A stretch of DNA of 64,000 bases from Eledone cirrhosa. Lineage: Eukaryota. Both the position numbers and the translations under genes were made by a program. The notes beneath the pieces were generated by a model. That model searched no databases. It saw only the letters and a program-made list of their open reading frames with translations, and was not told the DNA's origin. The stretch is taken from the NCBI GenBank assembly GCA_964016885.1, contig OZ024740.1, positions 177,444,001 through 177,508,000 on the forward strand, read 5' to 3'. Position 1 is the first letter of the stretch. Every line of letters starts with the position of its first letter. This document shows, piece by piece, positions 59,335-64,000 of this stretch.

Positions 59335-59970
59335 GAAAGACACAGAACTCTAAAGTCTTCAGCCGTCTAGAAGGACTTTGGAAGTTTCTACACATACTGA
59401 CTTTACTGTTGGTCCACTAGGGGTCACAGTGCCTGTCTGTGGAGTAAAAGATAAGACAGAAAATAACTTACAGGAATGAATCTATAACAAATAAACATAG
59501 AAGTTTATGTGACGACTAGGGTAAGCTATTTTTTTTTTGTAGCAACTATAGTCTCGTGAGATTGAAAAAAAGGATGGAAAAAGGGGAAGAAGAAGAAAGT
59601 AAGATGTGTTAAAAAATGTAATTCATTTAAATTATTGGAGGGAGAAAAAAGAACACGTACGTCACAGATTAATAAAAAAAATTAGGAAAGTTAACAAACA
59701 GAAGACAACGAACGAAAAAAAAAACTATATGGGAAAGCTTAACATTTTTTTTAAATGAAAATATAAAAATAGACACAGAACTCCAAAGTGTTCAGCCGTC
59801 CAGATGGACTTTGGTAGTTTCGGCCCCTACCGACGGTACTCTGATCCACCCGAAGTCACAACGTCTGACACAAGCCAAAGCGTTGTATGTCAAGTAAAAG
59901 ACAAAACAATAATTTACAGCAATTAAGCCATAACAAGCTACATATAGAATTTTATGTGATGACTAGGAGA
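59335..59970. repeat. Two diverged tandem copies of an unclassified repeat (third copy about 43200-43470)
   Basis: Shared acacagaactc..ttcagccgt..aga.ggac.t.gg.agtttc and tttatgtga.gactagg blocks. Confidence 0.6.
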
Positions 59971-60736
59971 AAGTATTGTGATTTTTATAGCATATTTAAC
60001 TTTCTTTTGCGTCTGCCTTTGTGAGCACTGTTTTTCATTTATACCAACCTTTAGACGAGTGTCTCCTCTCACTAAATTTAATGTCCCCATTTTGAATACC
60101 GAGACCGAATACAAATTATTGCTTTGAAAACATGTACGTACAGATAACAAACAACGTCTAAGACGAAATTTTTTTTTCACCAGAAATATGATGTCTAACC
60201 GATATAATGAATTATTTCTTCATATAAAATATTGATAGGTTTCACAGACCAGACAATAATAACTGTTTCTGATTTAGGAATAAGGCCGTGATTTTTTTTT
60301 TTTTTTTTTTAATTATATCGATCCCCCAGAACTTGGCTGTTTGTTTATCTTAATGATCCTGGAAGCCTTTTGTCCGACGTTCTAACTATTTTGCCTATTC
60401 ACTGACTCCTAACATAAGTATAAATAGGGCAAGAGACAGGCTATTTATTTTGATGCCAGTATTTTACTACTCTTTATTTAATACATCCTAGAAGGATGAG
60501 AATGTGCGCCAATTTATGCTGAAGATTGAAGTAATAAAATCTCGCAACTTTGTACCCTCTGATACTTTGCCGAGTGCTCTACATATTCTGCTACCAATTA
60601 TCTTATAATAGTAATGAGATACCTAATTATAATAATGGTTTCTACTTTAGCCACATGACCAGTAATATGGCGGGAGGGGAATGTCGATTAATTTTACCTC
60701 AGTTCTGGACTAGTTCTTTATTGTATCAAACCTAAA

Positions 60737-61190
60737 ATAATGCTTTCTGATATAGGCACAAGACCAGCAATTTTGGGGGCGGGGGAAGTCGATTAAATCG
60801 AGCTCAGTGCGTGACTGGTACTTTATTTTATCGACCCCGTAAGGATGAAGCGCAAAGTTAACCTCGGCGGGATTTGAACTCAGATCATAAAGGGCTGCAA
60901 CTCTATGCGGCAAAGCATGGCGTCCGAACCTCTACCGATACTGCCAATCCACCGCCTATCAAACCTAAAATAATGGTTTCTTATATAGGCACAAGGCCAG
61001 CTATTTTGGAGGAGGGGGACAGTCGATTAAATCGACCCCAGTGAGTGACTGGTACTTTATTTTATTGACCCTGTCAGGATGAAAGCAAATTAACTTCGGC
61101 GAGTTTTGAATTCAGATCATAATGGGCCGTAACTCTATGCTGCAAAGCATGGCGTCCGAACCTTTACATATACTACCAATCCACCGCCCT
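60737..61190 (-). mobile_element. Two tandem S1 SINEs (long variant)
   Basis: Two consecutive copies, each preceded by tatcaaacctaaaataatg. Confidence 0.82.
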
Positions 61191-61756
61191 TATCAAACCT
61201 AAGATAATGAAAGGCAAAGTTGACCCCGGCGGGATTTCAATTCAAAAGGTAATAAGCTGTAACTAAATAAAATAAAACATTTCATCCGACACTCTAACAA
61301 TTCTGAATGATAATTGTTTTGTCCAATGCTCTAAAGATTCTGAAAACGAAACACGATGGTGAGATATACGACTTTGTGTATGCTACATTTCAAGCAAATA
61401 TGAAGAGAGGTGCAAGTGAGAGGTGTCGAGCGTCAAAGTTAGAAACAAAAGGCTACGTAGAAGATACAGTGTGTGTTAGATGGAATATAATGAAAATAGC
61501 AGAAAAAGATTTTCGAAAAGCTTCAGTGGCATTCTACAAACACATCGACAAATATTAGTCACGCACGCATACACACACACACACAAGCATGCGCCGCGCA
61601 CGCACACACACACACACACACACACACCTACATACATACATAAGGAGGCGTGTGGATAATATGCCAGTTTAAAAATCTCGTGGTTCCTGGTTCGATTATG
61701 CAGATGTCTTCAACAATATCCTCATGTTGACCCATGTTGACTGAAATTGGATAAAT

Positions 61757-62110
61757 AATGGTTTTTGATTTAGGCACAAGGCCAGCAATTTCACGGGAGG
61801 AAAATGTCGATTAAATCGACCCCATTACCTGTGATTTATTTTTCGACTCTGTAAGGATAAAAAGCAAAGCTAACATCGGCGGATTTGACCTCAGAACGTA
61901 AATTGGATAAATAACGGTTACTTATATTGTTGTTTCTACTTTTGGCACAAGGCCAGCAATTACCCCAGTGCATTACTGGTACTTTATTTTATCGACCCCG
62001 TGAGGATGAAAGGCAAAGCTAACCTCAGCGGGATTTGAACCCAAAACGTAAAGGGCCATAACTCTATGCAGAAAAGCATGGTGTCTGACACTCTACTGAT
62101 ACTGCCAAAT
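61757..62110 (-). mobile_element. Two adjacent S1 SINE copies
   Basis: S1 core twice; aaattggataaataa recurs at the junctions. Confidence 0.78.
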
Positions 62111-62920
62111 TGGATAAATAATAATTGTACACGAGCCCGACAAATGAGACCATACTTGATTTAATCGGTGTTTGGCATACTTCTACCACCTGGTTGAAAA
62201 TATATTACCACGTGTAACAATTGTTATCTTTTGCGGAGTTCCCTCTGTTACAAACATTTATTTCCTGGCCATATCTCGGGTCTGAGGATTACGAACCACG
62301 GATCTCGGTCTTTCTCGCCGTTTGTCTCTATCTCTTTCTTTCTTTTTTTCATCCAACACTCACCTACACATATATTCAACCAGAAATCAATGTAAAAATG
62401 TTCATGGGTGCTTCTCATTTATCTGAGTAAGCCACATGAAAAGGAAAGGAAAATTCACAAAAAATAGAAATAATGCAAAAGAATACAGATAGGGGAAAGG
62501 CATGAAATGACTAGAAATGGCAAAATTGTATTCAAGTAATTGCCATGTGTGATTTATGTTACTAGATTAATCTATGGTTACTTTTTCACTCTTGTCAAAT
62601 ATTTCACAAGACTTAATTTGGGAAGAGAGAGAGAGAAAGAAAGAAAGAAAGAGAGAGAAGAGGGGGGGGGGGAGAGATTGAGAATTTAGAAGCGATATAT
62701 GCGGAGAGAGATAATGAGAAGGGGAGAGAAAGTGAGAACGGGAGAGAAAATCTAGAAGATGGGGAAGGGTGGGGACTCAGAATTTAAAATTAAAAGAGTT
62801 TCAGTCGTTAAAAAAAAGTAGAAAACGTACATACATGTGTGTAACTGTGTATTTGTGAATAGAATCTACACGCAAATGGCAAATTGCTTGCCAACACACA
62901 CACACACACACACACTCTCT

Positions 62921-63020
<100 letters not shown>

Positions 63021-63373
63021 AATGCAATATAGGGAAGAGAACAAAAGAAATATAAAGTAAAAAAAAATAAGGACACGAAAATTGATAGGCATTAATATCG
63101 CCAGAGTTCGAAAACAGAATGAAGGTTATTGGGTTACCTGCCAAAAATATAGTTTCTTTTGACCTAACCTAACGTTGAGGTCAGAATGACATTGGTCCAG
63201 GTTATTTATTCATTTCTGGAGACAGACGCTAACTGCAATCTGTTTATTCCCACCTTGCAGACGTCAATGCGTAAATGGTCATATGCAAATTCCCAAGATC
63301 TGCACATTCACCAATTTTACTCGTACGCACGCATACACACACACACACGCACACACACACATACATATATATA

Positions 63374-63433
<60 letters not shown>

Positions 63434-63460
63434 TATTTAATTATATTTATATATATGTAT

Positions 63461-63514
<54 letters not shown>

Positions 63515-63813
63515 ATATAATGCCCACATCGAAACTTATGTTAGGGCTACTTCTAATATAAACACACACATACACACACACACACACCTACATACGTGCA
63601 TACATAATACATACCTACATACGTGCATACATAATACATACCTACATACTTACATACATACACAAACACACTCAGATGCACGCTCACACATACACACACA
63701 CACACACACACATATATATTAGATAGATAGACAGATATATGCCGGATAGCTCAAAGTCAACCGGCTAAATGCTAGGCCCTCATATCGAAAATCTTCGAGG
63801 CTGCTTTTTTTTT

Positions 63814-63990
63814 GGCAGTATCGGTGGAGGGTCGGACGCCATGCTTTCCAGCATAGTTACGTCCCTTTACGATCTGAGTTCAAATCCCGCCGAGGTTGAC
63901 TTTGCCTTTCATCCTTACGGGGTCGATAAAATAAAGTACCAGTAATGCACTGGGTAATTGCTGGCCTTGTGCCTAAAGTAGAAACAATTA
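63814..63990 (+). mobile_element. SINE family S1
   Basis: Matches 10640-10831. Confidence 0.87.
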
Positions 63991-64000
63991 TTAATATTGC

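Overview
AT-rich, microsatellite-saturated, repeat-dominated animal DNA. The SINE families, RTE LINEs and (TA)n density suggest an octopus/cephalopod intergenic or intronic region (inference). I can support no host protein-coding exon; nearly all listed ORFs are translations of (TA)n/(CA)n/(GA)n/triplet repeats. Recognisable parts: a decayed RTE LINE (1-2920), a near-complete RTE LINE with three C-terminal C2H2 fingers (29.3-33.2 kb), two CRE-like 3' fragments, a Helitron helicase fragment, an L1/Tx1-like fragment, about 25 SINE copies and several MITEs. The main structure these do not explain is a dense set of short (60-800 bp) non-coding cassettes sitting inside (TA)n tracts. They belong to more than ten mutually dissimilar families yet share one architecture: a minimal type-I hammerhead ribozyme (CUGAnGA or U3-A8 covariant UUGAnAA / stem II / GAAA / tiny, often palindromic stem III / NUH), a head-to-head inverted partial copy, and a 3' tail that often carries a GAGYRC motif. 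Some copies are circularly permuted or have direct terminal repeats. This fits microsatellite-targeting Penelope-like or retrozyme-type retroelements. All folds were read by eye; no searches were run.
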